32,000 nucleotides of DNA. It comes from Aliivibrio fischeri ES114 (GTDB lineage Bacteria > Pseudomonadota > Gammaproteobacteria > Enterobacterales > Vibrionaceae). The DNA is taken from assembly GCF_000011805.1 (NCBI RefSeq), contig NC_006841.2; one strand, written 5' to 3'. The translations under genes and the position numbers were made by a program. Under the pieces are notes generated by a model. That model was not told where the DNA came from. It searched no databases and saw only the letters and a program-made list of their open reading frames with translations. Shown in pieces: positions 1 to 8,791 of the stretch; positions within the stretch are counted from its first letter, which is position 1; every line of letters begins with the position of its first letter.

Positions 1-2
1 CT

Positions 3-212
3 AACGCCATCGGGGCTTATGCGAGTGTATATGCCTTAACTAATGGTAACTACAACGTAATTACTGTACGTATCGCTAGCCTTGTTTCTGGTGATTTATT
101 CCTAGAACCAAATTTAGCGGCCGCTATCTCCGTTATATTAATGGCCATTCTGGCTTTTATTACCACAGTTAATCAGTGGCTTATAGCTAGGAGTTATCAT
201 GCAAAACGCTAA
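3..212 (+). CDS. ABC transporter permease subunit, C-terminal part (gene begins before the window)
   Basis: Open frame from the window start, ...NAIGAYASVYALTNGNYNVITVRIASLVSGDLFLEPNLAAAISVILMAILAFITTVNQWLIARSYHAKR*. Overlaps the next permease start by 14 bp. Confidence 0.75.
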   Translation, partial: NAIGAYASVYALTNGNYNVITVRIASLVSGDLFLEPNLAAAISVILMAILAFITTVNQWLIARSYHAKR

Positions 213-984
213 TACCGCATTTCATAAATTGGTGGTTTACTCTATTGTCGGATTAATGATGATCCCCATCATCGCTACTTTTATTTATTCGATTTCATCT
301 CGTTGGGGAGCCACCATTTTACCCGATGGATTTTCTCTACAATGGTATGGTCAACTCTTAACCGATGAGCGATTTTTAGCCGCTTTTGGACGCTCATTAT
401 TTATTGGTATTTCTGCATTAACGCTGAGTGTTGTCTTAATTATCCCAGCTATTTTTGTTGTGTTTTATTACTTTCCAAAACTCGACAAAGTAATGAATAT
501 TCTGATCTTATTGCCTTTTGCAGTACCACCAGTGGTCTCCTCTGTTGGGTTATTGCAAATCTATGCAGATAGCAGTATTCCTTTGGTTGGGACTCCTTGG
601 ATATTAATTGGAACCTACTTTACCATTGCACTTCCATTTATGTACCGCGCTATCGCAAATAGCTTTGAATCCATTAATTTACAAGATCTTATGGATGCTG
701 CTCATTTATTAGGGGCCAGTACAACAAGAGCATTTCTCTTGATCATTCTTCCGAATTTACGTAAAGGTTTAATGGCCTCACTTTTTCTCTCTTTCTCTTT
801 TTTACTAGGTGAATTTGTCTTCGCTAATATCTTGGTTGGCACACGCTATGAAACCTTACAAATCTATCTCTACAATATGCGTCAAACCAGCGGACACTTC
901 ACGTCTGCATTAGTGATGACCTACTTCTTGTTTATCTTTTTACTGACTTGGTTAGCAAGTCGCTTTAACCGAGGTATTAAATAA
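199..984 (+). CDS. ABC transporter permease subunit (2-aminoethylphosphonate/ferric iron/polyamine-type superfamily; substrate uncertain)
   Basis: 261 aa, several TM segments, EAA-like motif 'DAAHLLGASTTRAFLLIILPNLRKGL'; overlaps the downstream ATPase start. Confidence 0.85.
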   Translation: MQNANTAFHKLVVYSIVGLMMIPIIATFIYSISSRWGATILPDGFSLQWYGQLLTDERFLAAFGRSLFIGISALTLSVVLIIPAIFVVFYYFPKLDKVMNILILLPFAVPPVVSSVGLLQIYADSSIPLVGTPWILIGTYFTIALPFMYRAIANSFESINLQDLMDAAHLLGASTTRAFLLIILPNLRKGLMASLFLSFSFLLGEFVFANILVGTRYETLQIYLYNMRQTSGHFTSALVMTYFLFIFLLTWLASRFNRGIK

Positions 985-2003
985 TGAGCTATGTAAACGT
1001 AAACCAATTAACAAAACGTTTTGGTGACAATACGGTTTTTGAAAACGTAAATTTTAATATAGAAAAAGGCGAGTTTATTACTTTGCTAGGTCCAAGCGGA
1101 TGCGGTAAATCAACCCTACTTCGTAGCTTAACAGGGTTAGATCCTATCAATAATGGGGAAATTTGGGTTAATGGCGAAAACATAACAGAACAAACACCAC
1201 AGCAACGTGGTATTGGCATGGTATTTCAATCTTATGCGCTTTTTCCAAATATGACCGTGAAAGAAAACATCGCTTTTGGTTTAAAAATGAAAAAGATAGA
1301 CGTAAATACGATTGAAAAAGAAGTCTGTAAAGTTATTGAATTAGTTGATTTAAACGGTAAAGAAGATCGCTACCCTCATCAACTTTCAGGTGGGCAACGT
1401 CAACGAGTAGCACTCGCTAGGGCTCTGGTTGTAAAACCGAGGATCTTATTACTTGATGAGCCTTTATCTGCACTTGATGCCAAAATAAGAAAGCGTCTCC
1501 GTCAACAAATCCGCGATATTCAAAAAGAACTAAACTTAACAACGATCTTTGTTACTCATGATCAAGAAGAAGCCATGATCATGTCAGATCGCATCTTCTT
1601 AATGAATCAAGGTGAAATTGTTCAGCAAGGATCACCCGAAGAGATCTATACTCAACCTGCAAACGAATTTGTGGCAAGCTTCATGGGACATTACAATTTG
1701 GTTGATGCTCCAAAAGCCAAACAGTTATTTGATATTGAAACCGAGTGGAAAGTCGCTATACGCCCTGAATCGATTTATGTAAAAGAAGAAGGCAGGCACT
1801 ATGCTAAACATATTTCTCTACCAAAACAAGGGATTATCAAAAATCATCAACTGCTTGGTAATGTCATTCGCTACCAAGTAGATGTTAATGACTGCGACTT
1901 AACCGTTGATTTACTCAATCGTTCGTCAGAAAGATTATTAGCAGCGGGAAGCAAACTAGAGTTACTTTTTAATCTTAACGAAATTCAGCCAGTGAGAGCC
2001 TAA
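984..2003 (+). CDS. ABC transporter ATP-binding protein (PotA/FbpC/PhnT-like)
   Basis: Walker A GPSGCGKST, signature LSGGQRQRVALARAL, Walker B ILLLDEP, H-loop VTHDQEEA, C-terminal TOBE-like region. Confidence 0.93.
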   Translation: MSYVNVNQLTKRFGDNTVFENVNFNIEKGEFITLLGPSGCGKSTLLRSLTGLDPINNGEIWVNGENITEQTPQQRGIGMVFQSYALFPNMTVKENIAFGLKMKKIDVNTIEKEVCKVIELVDLNGKEDRYPHQLSGGQRQRVALARALVVKPRILLLDEPLSALDAKIRKRLRQQIRDIQKELNLTTIFVTHDQEEAMIMSDRIFLMNQGEIVQQGSPEEIYTQPANEFVASFMGHYNLVDAPKAKQLFDIETEWKVAIRPESIYVKEEGRHYAKHISLPKQGIIKNHQLLGNVIRYQVDVNDCDLTVDLLNRSSERLLAAGSKLELLFNLNEIQPVRA

Positions 2004-2005
2004 AC

Positions 2006-2671
2006 ATGACACACCCACTTTATATATTTGATCTTGATGAGACCTTGATTAATGGTGATTGTGCCATGATTTGGAATGAGTTTTTAGTTGATAAAGGCAT
2101 CGTCACAACACCTGATTTTTTAGAAGAAGACAAGCGCTTAATGACGCTGTATTCACGAGGCTTAATGGACATGGAAGATTATCTTATCTTTGCTATGTCC
2201 CCACTAAAAAATATACCAACAGATCAAGTAGAAATACTCATAGAAGAGTGTGTTAATGAGCGCATACTTCCTCTGTTATTCCCAGAAGCAAAAATACTCA
2301 TTCACCAACTAAAAGCCGATAATGTAGATATGATTGTTATTTCAGCTTCTGTTAGTTTTCTAGTAAAAATCGTAGCCAAGAACATAGGTATAAAACATGC
2401 AATTGGAATTGATTTAAAAGAAAAAAATGGCTGTTATACAAGGCACATACTTGGTGTTCCAAGTTACAGAGAAGGCAAAGTATCTCGACTAACAGAATGG
2501 TTAAATGGAGGAGATAAAACCTATTCTGCTCTTCATTTTTATACTGATTCAATCAACGATTTACCATTATGCTTGTACGCGGATCATACGTACTTGGTAA
2601 ATCCTTGTGAACAATTAGCGGTATATTCAAAAAAGAAAAATTGGCCGATACTTGCTTGGGGAAGCCAATAA
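2006..2671 (+). CDS. HAD-IB family hydrolase (phosphoserine phosphatase-like)
   Basis: Motif I FDLDETLING, motif II VISAS, motif III/IV YTDSINDLPL; 2 bp after the ATPase stop. Confidence 0.85.
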   Translation: MTHPLYIFDLDETLINGDCAMIWNEFLVDKGIVTTPDFLEEDKRLMTLYSRGLMDMEDYLIFAMSPLKNIPTDQVEILIEECVNERILPLLFPEAKILIHQLKADNVDMIVISASVSFLVKIVAKNIGIKHAIGIDLKEKNGCYTRHILGVPSYREGKVSRLTEWLNGGDKTYSALHFYTDSINDLPLCLYADHTYLVNPCEQLAVYSKKKNWPILAWGSQ

Positions 2672-2705
2672 ATCAGAAATTACCCTTAAATTTCGTGATA
2701 ACTAA

Positions 2706-2960
2706 TTAAAACGAAACAATAAAATTACCAATAGTTTGATTGTGACTATTGGTAATACTGCCTTCACCCGTCTCTTCACAGTATGAGAAATCGACATCAA
2801 GTGAATCAAGTTGTCCTTTCATTAAAAGATTACGCAATAATACATCGCTGTTTAGTTGATGAATTAACGCATCCCATGACATATTGTTTTTAAAAATTGT
2901 GAAATTTACTTTCATTAAATACCTTTGTTTTTTGATAGTTACTTTAAATTTATTTATCAA
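2706..2960 (-). CDS. Hypothetical small protein (start possibly at the internal MKVNFTIF)
   Basis: 84-aa ORF, non-repetitive composition, convergent with the ABC operon; no family recognised. Confidence 0.4.
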   Translation of the reverse strand: MINKFKVTIKKQRYLMKVNFTIFKNNMSWDALIHQLNSDVLLRNLLMKGQLDSLDVDFSYCEETGEGSITNSHNQTIGNFIVSF

Positions 2961-3191
2961 TTAGTTAGCTAAATAAAATTCAATTAAAATAGTGTAATTT
3001 TAGTATGTTACAGAATAATGATGGATTAAAACTAATGAAGTAGATGTTACTGAGAGATTTATGGCAAGTACGAAACAGGAGCAGATGTTTGAAATGTTGC
3101 AATCTTACAAGTAGAGCTAATTTAATTATTAATAATGCATTGTTAAAGTAGCGTAAATGATGCAAGCACCACTCACGCAACTTATTTGAAA

Positions 3192-3401
3192 TTAAAGCGC
3201 TACAACGTTAGCAGCTTGAGGGCCTTTTTGGCCTTGCTCAACTTCAAAAGAAACTTTTTGGCCTTCAGCAAGAGTTTTGAAACCTTCTGAAGCGATAGCA
3301 CGGAAATGTACGAATACGTCAGCGCCGCCGTTATCTTGAGTGATGAAACCAAAACCTTTTTCTTCGTTAAACCATTTAACGATACCAGTTGTTTTAGACA
3401 T
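3192..3401 (-). CDS. Cold shock protein, CspA family
   Basis: 69 aa, [31 protein letters not shown] (RNP1/RNP2 motifs). Confidence 0.96.
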
Positions 3402-3576
3402 ATTATGTCCCTTCTTAGTAAGAATTCATAAAAATCGCATTATGCGATGTGCTTGAGCTTGAATTATTAAATGTGGCGATAAAGCTAAGGGAGACACTGA
3501 GGATAACAACACTTACGAAGAAATTCTGAGGGCTTACTTTTACTTGATGTTCACTAACAACTCTGAGCAACAGAGC

Positions 3577-3611
3577 GAGAACAATAGTACTCGATTACTG
3601 ATCGTTGTAAA
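3577..3611 (-). promoter_or_regulatory. Putative sigma70 promoter for the cold shock gene
   Basis: Minus strand TTTACA (3611-3606), 16-bp spacer, TACTAT (3589-3584); implies a leader of about 175 nt. Confidence 0.5.
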
Positions 3612-3689
3612 GACTTTTTTAATTTATTTTAAAAAACTGTAAAAATGTTCTGTTATATAAACATCCATATTTCGTTCACATACAAACAC

Positions 3690-3714
3690 AAAAAAACCGC
3701 CATAACAATGACGG
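3690..3714 (-). terminator. Rho-independent terminator after the minus-strand halovibrin-like gene
   Basis: Minus strand CCGTCAT-TGTT-ATGGCGG followed by TTTTTT; 7-bp stem with one G.U. Confidence 0.85.
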
Positions 3715-3750
3715 TTTTATCTTTATAATCAATAACTTTAAAGTGAAATA

Positions 3751-4641
3751 TTAAATTGCTTGTTCATTCATATTAAATGTAAATTGTACATCTTGGTTTG
3801 AATATTCAGGTAGCGACATTTTAATTACCGGAATAGCAATACCTGTCGTATTGTAGAAATCTTTCTGATAACTTTGAGCTTCACCTAACCCAGAGCCATA
3901 TACATAGAAGAATGCTTGAATAGGTAAAACATTACCAATATTTTGATCCCAAAGGCCAAGTCTTAACTCATTTTGAGTACCAAACGATTCACTAGAAATC
4001 TTAGCCATTGATTTGATACCTTCAGCAAAATTTTTCGTTGTATCAGACGAAGCTCCTTCTCTTAGATTAAATGAACATTGGTGATGGTGGTTAGCATTAC
4101 CTTGATAATAATGATTGCTCCAAGCACCTGCTGTATAAATATTTTGAGCATCACAAGACTGACTTCCAGAATATCCTGGTGTTTTTCCACAACCATTACT
4201 ATCACGTTCATTTGTCGCTGCATCAATAGGGAAGAAACATAAATAATCTAAGTCAATTTTTCCAGGAGCAAAATCGCCTCTAAAAATTTGATAAATGATA
4301 TATCCACTCTTATAACCATAAGCTAATTTCGAATATTTAGAATCTTTACGAAGGTAAGAGAAGGAAACTCCACCACTTTTTATGGCATTTGGACTTGGAT
4401 TCCAAACGTGGTAATTACCCGGCTTATTACCTCGAAAGGTTATTCCTGAACACAAAAACGCAGGAGAACCATGACAATCTTGCGAAGTATCATTGTAATC
4501 ACTTCTTAAGGCCTGCACCAATGAATCACCTTGTTGTTGTGTAATAATGCTATTACTACGACTTACTGCAGCATCATCATTTGCCAACACAGACAAGCTA
4601 AGGGGTAGAACAAACCAACTGATCAATTTTATAAATTTCAT
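3751..4641 (-). CDS. Halovibrin-like secreted protein (HvnA/HvnB family NAD+-glycohydrolase)
   Basis: Signal peptide MKFIKLISWFVLPLSLSVLA; conserved halovibrin-type text 'CHGSPAFLCSGITFRGNKPG..HVWNPSPNAIKSGGVSFSYLRKDSKYSKLAYGY' and 'GIAIPVIKMSLP'; homologous to the ORF at 17564. Caller start at 4653; M at 4641 fits the signal peptide better. Confidence 0.8.
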   Translation of the reverse strand: MKFIKLISWFVLPLSLSVLANDDAAVSRSNSIITQQQGDSLVQALRSDYNDTSQDCHGSPAFLCSGITFRGNKPGNYHVWNPSPNAIKSGGVSFSYLRKDSKYSKLAYGYKSGYIIYQIFRGDFAPGKIDLDYLCFFPIDAATNERDSNGCGKTPGYSGSQSCDAQNIYTAGAWSNHYYQGNANHHHQCSFNLREGASSDTTKNFAEGIKSMAKISSESFGTQNELRLGLWDQNIGNVLPIQAFFYVYGSGLGEAQSYQKDFYNTTGIAIPVIKMSLPEYSNQDVQFTFNMNEQAI

Positions 4642-4668
4642 AATATATTCCATATATTTAAGTTTTAA

Positions 4669-6858
4669 TTAATACACATCACTGCGATCAATACACGTTA
4701 CGTAATCGGTGTACGTGTCATAACCGTCATCGCTATTACCATTACTCAAATCAAGCCAGAAATGAGCATCGGGATCAGAACCTGATCCTGATACGGTAGA
4801 CGACCAGTAATATGTATTGGTTGGCCATTGATATTTCCCCATATCACCATATTCATTCTGCAATGTTTTTAAGTCCCATATCGTTGGTAACGTCCATGAC
4901 GAGCTGCCACCAATACGTAAACCTTCACAAAATTGCTTTGCTGTGTCTGGATGATATTTAGGATATTTATAGCCGTTTTCATTGTTGTACCCATCATAAT
5001 TATGATAAGAACCAACCTGATCTAATTGCTCAACATTGACTGGGCAAGAAACTTTAGCGCCGCTTGATAACGTCACCATTCCACCATCGTTTGAGCAAGT
5101 AGGTGTATATTTATCATCATCTTCAGTGATAGCTAATGACGTTATACAACTTTGATTTCCTTCAATTTGCCCTGTACTTTTAGGAACAACACAGAACTCA
5201 ATGTGCTGGCCAACAAGAGAGGCATCATTTTTTAAATTGAAAGTAGAAGAGAAATGCTCTGTTCCTTTGTCTCGATATAATTCTTCGTGAGTTTCCACCA
5301 CAGTCCACGTGCGCAAACTGTTTTTTTCTTCTGCACCAGAATCAGCAGCAACATAAAGATAATCACCTTTTAATTTCTCGCCTATAACTGGAACATCAGG
5401 AGTTATTCGTAACGATGACACCGAAGGTAAACTCTCTTCCCCTGTCTTCCATGTCGTTATTTCATCACCACAACTAGGGTGATATGCAAGAAAATAAGAT
5501 ACGCTGTTATCAGGAGCTTGCGTGGAGTACAAATCAATAGGTATGCCATCGCAAGTCAACGTAATATCATCAACATTAGCTCCATTAGCCCAACTGTTTA
5601 AAATATTACTTCCTGCCCCCAAGCCTTGGTGGTTTACAGCAGCAAATGCATTACCACTAGCAATGGTTTCACTAGCAGGAGCAACAAATGCATTTAAAGC
5701 ATCAGGTGACAGTTCTGCACTTTGTAACGCATCAATATAATTCCCGTCACTATCAAGAACCAAAGCACCTTCATTAGATGTTCTCGTCACTAAACGGGTA
5801 TTTTCTCCATACGTTTTTTTAGTATGTAAATTGCCCCATTGCGCCAGTTTTCCGGTTGATACATCCGTAGCAATAAAGCTGCATCGAGTCGCACTTAACT
5901 GAGGACTTTTCATATTTGATAAGAAATCAGAAGTTGATGAATTTATCTTTCCTCCACAAGCATCATCCCCCCACGCATAAATAGTTGAATTAGAGATAAC
6001 CGCAAAGGCTTTTTCTGTTGCTTGTATGCTCGAACTTCCAGAACTATTTAAAATCGAGGAAATATCACTAGGAATAGTGCCCGACTCTGAATTATCTCCC
6101 CCCCATGCAACGTATTTATTACTCTGTGTTTTAACTAGAAACGCATCTTTCGTAGCATAAATAGACTGTACAACTTCATTTTTTAAAGCCTTTTTAGCCT
6201 CTTTAGATATGGTTCCCCCAGCGGCACCATCACCCCACGCTTTAATCTTTCCTGATTCTAAAAGCGCAACCCAAGCGATAGACTCTCCAATAGTACCTCC
6301 AGAGTGATAAATTGAGCGTATAATGTCGGAAGAAGTAATTGCATCAATAGAGCTCTCAGTTCCTGTCGACGGAGTATATTCAATAAGTGAACCATCGGTT
6401 TTCACTATCATGAATGATTCTGTTCCTGGGTAAACTGACTGGATATTTTCAATCGATTTTTCTTCACCGCGAGTAACACCATTTCCCCAAGCGACCCCAT
6501 TTTTGGAGGTTGGGTTTACAGCGAGAAAGGCACTACCAGATGCATACATTTGGCTAGGTTTAATAAACGTTAATAATTCATCTAATGTACTTCCTGCTTC
6601 TATTTCCCCCCCAAACTGCGGATTACCAAATGCCATCACATTTTGATATTCACCCTTATCTTGTATGATAAAAGCACCTGCAGCGAGATTAATCCCAGCA
6701 GTACCTGGTAATGGTTCACTATTATTAAAGCGATAATTATTTGTTTGATTAAACCAACTGTTATTCGCTTCGCTTTGAGGGATTAACATTGGTTGTGCAG
6801 CCATCACTACTGGACTTAATACATTAGCCAATAGAAGTGCGATAATAGACTTTTTCAT
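4669..6858 (-). CDS. Secreted RCC1/BLIP-II-like repeat protein with Ig-like segment and C-terminal Lcl (DUF1566-like) domain
   Basis: Signal peptide MKKSIIALLLANVLSPVVMA; repeated 'KAWGDGAAGGTI', 'VAWGGDNSESGTIP', 'YAWGDDACGGKI'; C-terminus 'AKQFCEGLRIGGSSSWTLPTIWDLKTLQ...YYWSSTVSG...CIDR'. Caller start at 6903; MKKS start at 6858. Confidence 0.8.
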   Translation of the reverse strand: MKKSIIALLLANVLSPVVMAAQPMLIPQSEANNSWFNQTNNYRFNNSEPLPGTAGINLAAGAFIIQDKGEYQNVMAFGNPQFGGEIEAGSTLDELLTFIKPSQMYASGSAFLAVNPTSKNGVAWGNGVTRGEEKSIENIQSVYPGTESFMIVKTDGSLIEYTPSTGTESSIDAITSSDIIRSIYHSGGTIGESIAWVALLESGKIKAWGDGAAGGTISKEAKKALKNEVVQSIYATKDAFLVKTQSNKYVAWGGDNSESGTIPSDISSILNSSGSSSIQATEKAFAVISNSTIYAWGDDACGGKINSSTSDFLSNMKSPQLSATRCSFIATDVSTGKLAQWGNLHTKKTYGENTRLVTRTSNEGALVLDSDGNYIDALQSAELSPDALNAFVAPASETIASGNAFAAVNHQGLGAGSNILNSWANGANVDDITLTCDGIPIDLYSTQAPDNSVSYFLAYHPSCGDEITTWKTGEESLPSVSSLRITPDVPVIGEKLKGDYLYVAADSGAEEKNSLRTWTVVETHEELYRDKGTEHFSSTFNLKNDASLVGQHIEFCVVPKSTGQIEGNQSCITSLAITEDDDKYTPTCSNDGGMVTLSSGAKVSCPVNVEQLDQVGSYHNYDGYNNENGYKYPKYHPDTAKQFCEGLRIGGSSSWTLPTIWDLKTLQNEYGDMGKYQWPTNTYYWSSTVSGSGSDPDAHFWLDLSNGNSDDGYDTYTDYVTCIDRSDVY

Positions 6859-6883
6859 TATTATTCCTTTGTTATTATTTTTA

Positions 6884-8725
6884 TTACTCATTGAACACAC
6901 CATCAGGAACAGAATTGCCCCACATCACGACAGCATTGCCCCCCCTAACATAAAACCCCCCTGCAGTTTCCTCCTCGAACTCAGAAAACGTATTAAAACT
7001 ACCAATTTGAGAAATATCAGAAAGATCATTAATAGCGCTACGTAAATTCAAACTAGAATCATCAGAAGAAAGACACTGATGCCCATCAGGAATACAACCT
7101 CCTTGGTTTAGCCCTCCCCACGCATAAACATCATCCATCGCCTTCATCAAAAAAGCGTGATTGTTGCCAATGACATTAGCTATTGAGAAAGTAGGTATGT
7201 TGCTAGGTAAGGTTCCGCCATATTTCTTATCTCCCCACACAAAAAGATGTGAGCTGTCGTATAAAGCAATGGCTTTTTCTGTTGATGCACAATGAAAATC
7301 ATCGGTAATCGTTGTTGCATCTAACTCTGTTTGAATATTTGATGGGATATAACCAGCACCGTAATCATTTCCCCATGCAGCAACCCCTTTATTGCCATCA
7401 GAAATAGCAACAAACGATGCATCAGAAGCACATAAACGGGTAATAGGGTTTGTATTAGTAAAGTCCGTAGCCGCAGAACTTAGTAACCCACCATAATATG
7501 AATCACCCCATGCTTTTACCTTCCCTGATGTGGTGATCCCAGCAAAGGCATAACGAGTCGCGTACACCGTTTGGATATTTTGGTGCTGCTCAAATGGACT
7601 ATGTCCCCATGAATAAGCATTTCCATCATTATCGAGTACAGTAAAACTGTCTTGAGACGTGACAATATCTTTAATTGATAAAGCGGATTTCATTTCATCA
7701 GGTAATGTGCCGCCATATATGGACTGCCCCCATGCAACAAGCTTTTGTTTACCACTTGGCATATCAAACACAGCTAAAAATGCTTGAGCGGTATGATAAA
7801 TTGCCTTTGGTAAACCATCTTTGCTTAACAACTTATCAATACGTTTTTGTGCTTCACTTGATATTGCTCCACCACGAACCATATCCCCAGCCGTATTTAT
7901 TCCACCATCTTTTAAAATGGCAGCCATAGCATAAGGCGCTGGAAAAATTTCTTCGACTTGATTTATATAAGATGGCGTCGTATCAAACTGCCCCCAAATA
8001 ATGGCATCATCTGACTCACTTTTAATCGCAAAGCCATCAAGCATAGAATACACTTCTTTCGCTTTAGGTAAGTTAGGGGCATTAGTCACTTCAGAGCCAT
8101 AACCAATTAATGAAGCATCGCCCTCAGAGCTAAGAGATAACGCCGCAGAATTACTTGTTACAAAGGAAACATCATCTTTTGCATCCGTGATTGGTGCATT
8201 GTATAAACTGAAGTTTTTAGTTTGATTTAAATAACTGAATAACGCATTTTTATTATCAATATCTCCATTAGTAATTAATTCACTTCTGCATTCATTTTCT
8301 GATGGAGCATAACTTCCAGGCAGATAAGTTACTTTAATACAGTAGCGTAAATATTTATTATTTGTATCTTTTGGTACATTAATTGGAATTTCAGGAAACC
8401 CATCACCAGATATATTCCCGCAAGTTAATAATCCATCTAATTCACATTCCTCCTTATTATTATTGATAATACTTTTTAACGTATCGTCCGTTATTTCACA
8501 CTCAGATGAATCATCATTTAAAATACAAGCACTGTATAATACCTTTATATCTGAGTCTGGTGTGGTTTTATAATTTATATTTGTTATTTCATTTTCTTTT
8601 GGTGGTGAAGATAAATGAAGCTGATCAATAGAAACCCTTGGTAGCTTTGGAACAATAGCATTAGCCATATTCCAGCTACTGGATAGAATGGTAATAGTCA
8701 TCCCTACCCAATATTTATATTTCAT
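6884..8725 (-). CDS. Secreted RCC1/BLIP-II-like repeat protein
   Basis: Signal peptide MKYKYWVGMTITILSSSWNMANA; repeats 'VAWGQSIYGGTLP', 'YSWGHSPFEQ', 'KAWGDSYYGGLL', 'AAWGNDYGAGYIP', 'FVWGDKKYGGTLP', 'YAWGGLNQGGCIP'. Confidence 0.78.
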   Translation of the reverse strand: MKYKYWVGMTITILSSSWNMANAIVPKLPRVSIDQLHLSSPPKENEITNINYKTTPDSDIKVLYSACILNDDSSECEITDDTLKSIINNNKEECELDGLLTCGNISGDGFPEIPINVPKDTNNKYLRYCIKVTYLPGSYAPSENECRSELITNGDIDNKNALFSYLNQTKNFSLYNAPITDAKDDVSFVTSNSAALSLSSEGDASLIGYGSEVTNAPNLPKAKEVYSMLDGFAIKSESDDAIIWGQFDTTPSYINQVEEIFPAPYAMAAILKDGGINTAGDMVRGGAISSEAQKRIDKLLSKDGLPKAIYHTAQAFLAVFDMPSGKQKLVAWGQSIYGGTLPDEMKSALSIKDIVTSQDSFTVLDNDGNAYSWGHSPFEQHQNIQTVYATRYAFAGITTSGKVKAWGDSYYGGLLSSAATDFTNTNPITRLCASDASFVAISDGNKGVAAWGNDYGAGYIPSNIQTELDATTITDDFHCASTEKAIALYDSSHLFVWGDKKYGGTLPSNIPTFSIANVIGNNHAFLMKAMDDVYAWGGLNQGGCIPDGHQCLSSDDSSLNLRSAINDLSDISQIGSFNTFSEFEEETAGGFYVRGGNAVVMWGNSVPDGVFNE

Positions 8726-8749
8726 TATATTTATTCCGAACAGATAAAA

Positions 8750-8773
8750 GCCTCTAATAAAAGAGGCTTTATT
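8750..8773. terminator. Intergenic hairpin inside the minus-strand cluster (terminator or attenuator)
   Basis: AAAGCCTCT-aataaa-AGAGGCTTT, perfect 9-bp arms; on the minus strand followed by TTTTATC. Confidence 0.6.
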
Positions 8774-8791
8774 ATTATTTTATATTGTTAT

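Noticed and set aside
989-1219. Minus-strand ORF inside the ABC ATPase gene
   Set aside because: Antisense shadow of a well-supported ATPase CDS; no recognisable family.
2980-3180. 66-aa minus-strand ORF between the small ORF and the csp gene
   Set aside because: Low-complexity His/Leu-rich translation, no family, likely spurious; intergenic sequence may be a decayed gene.
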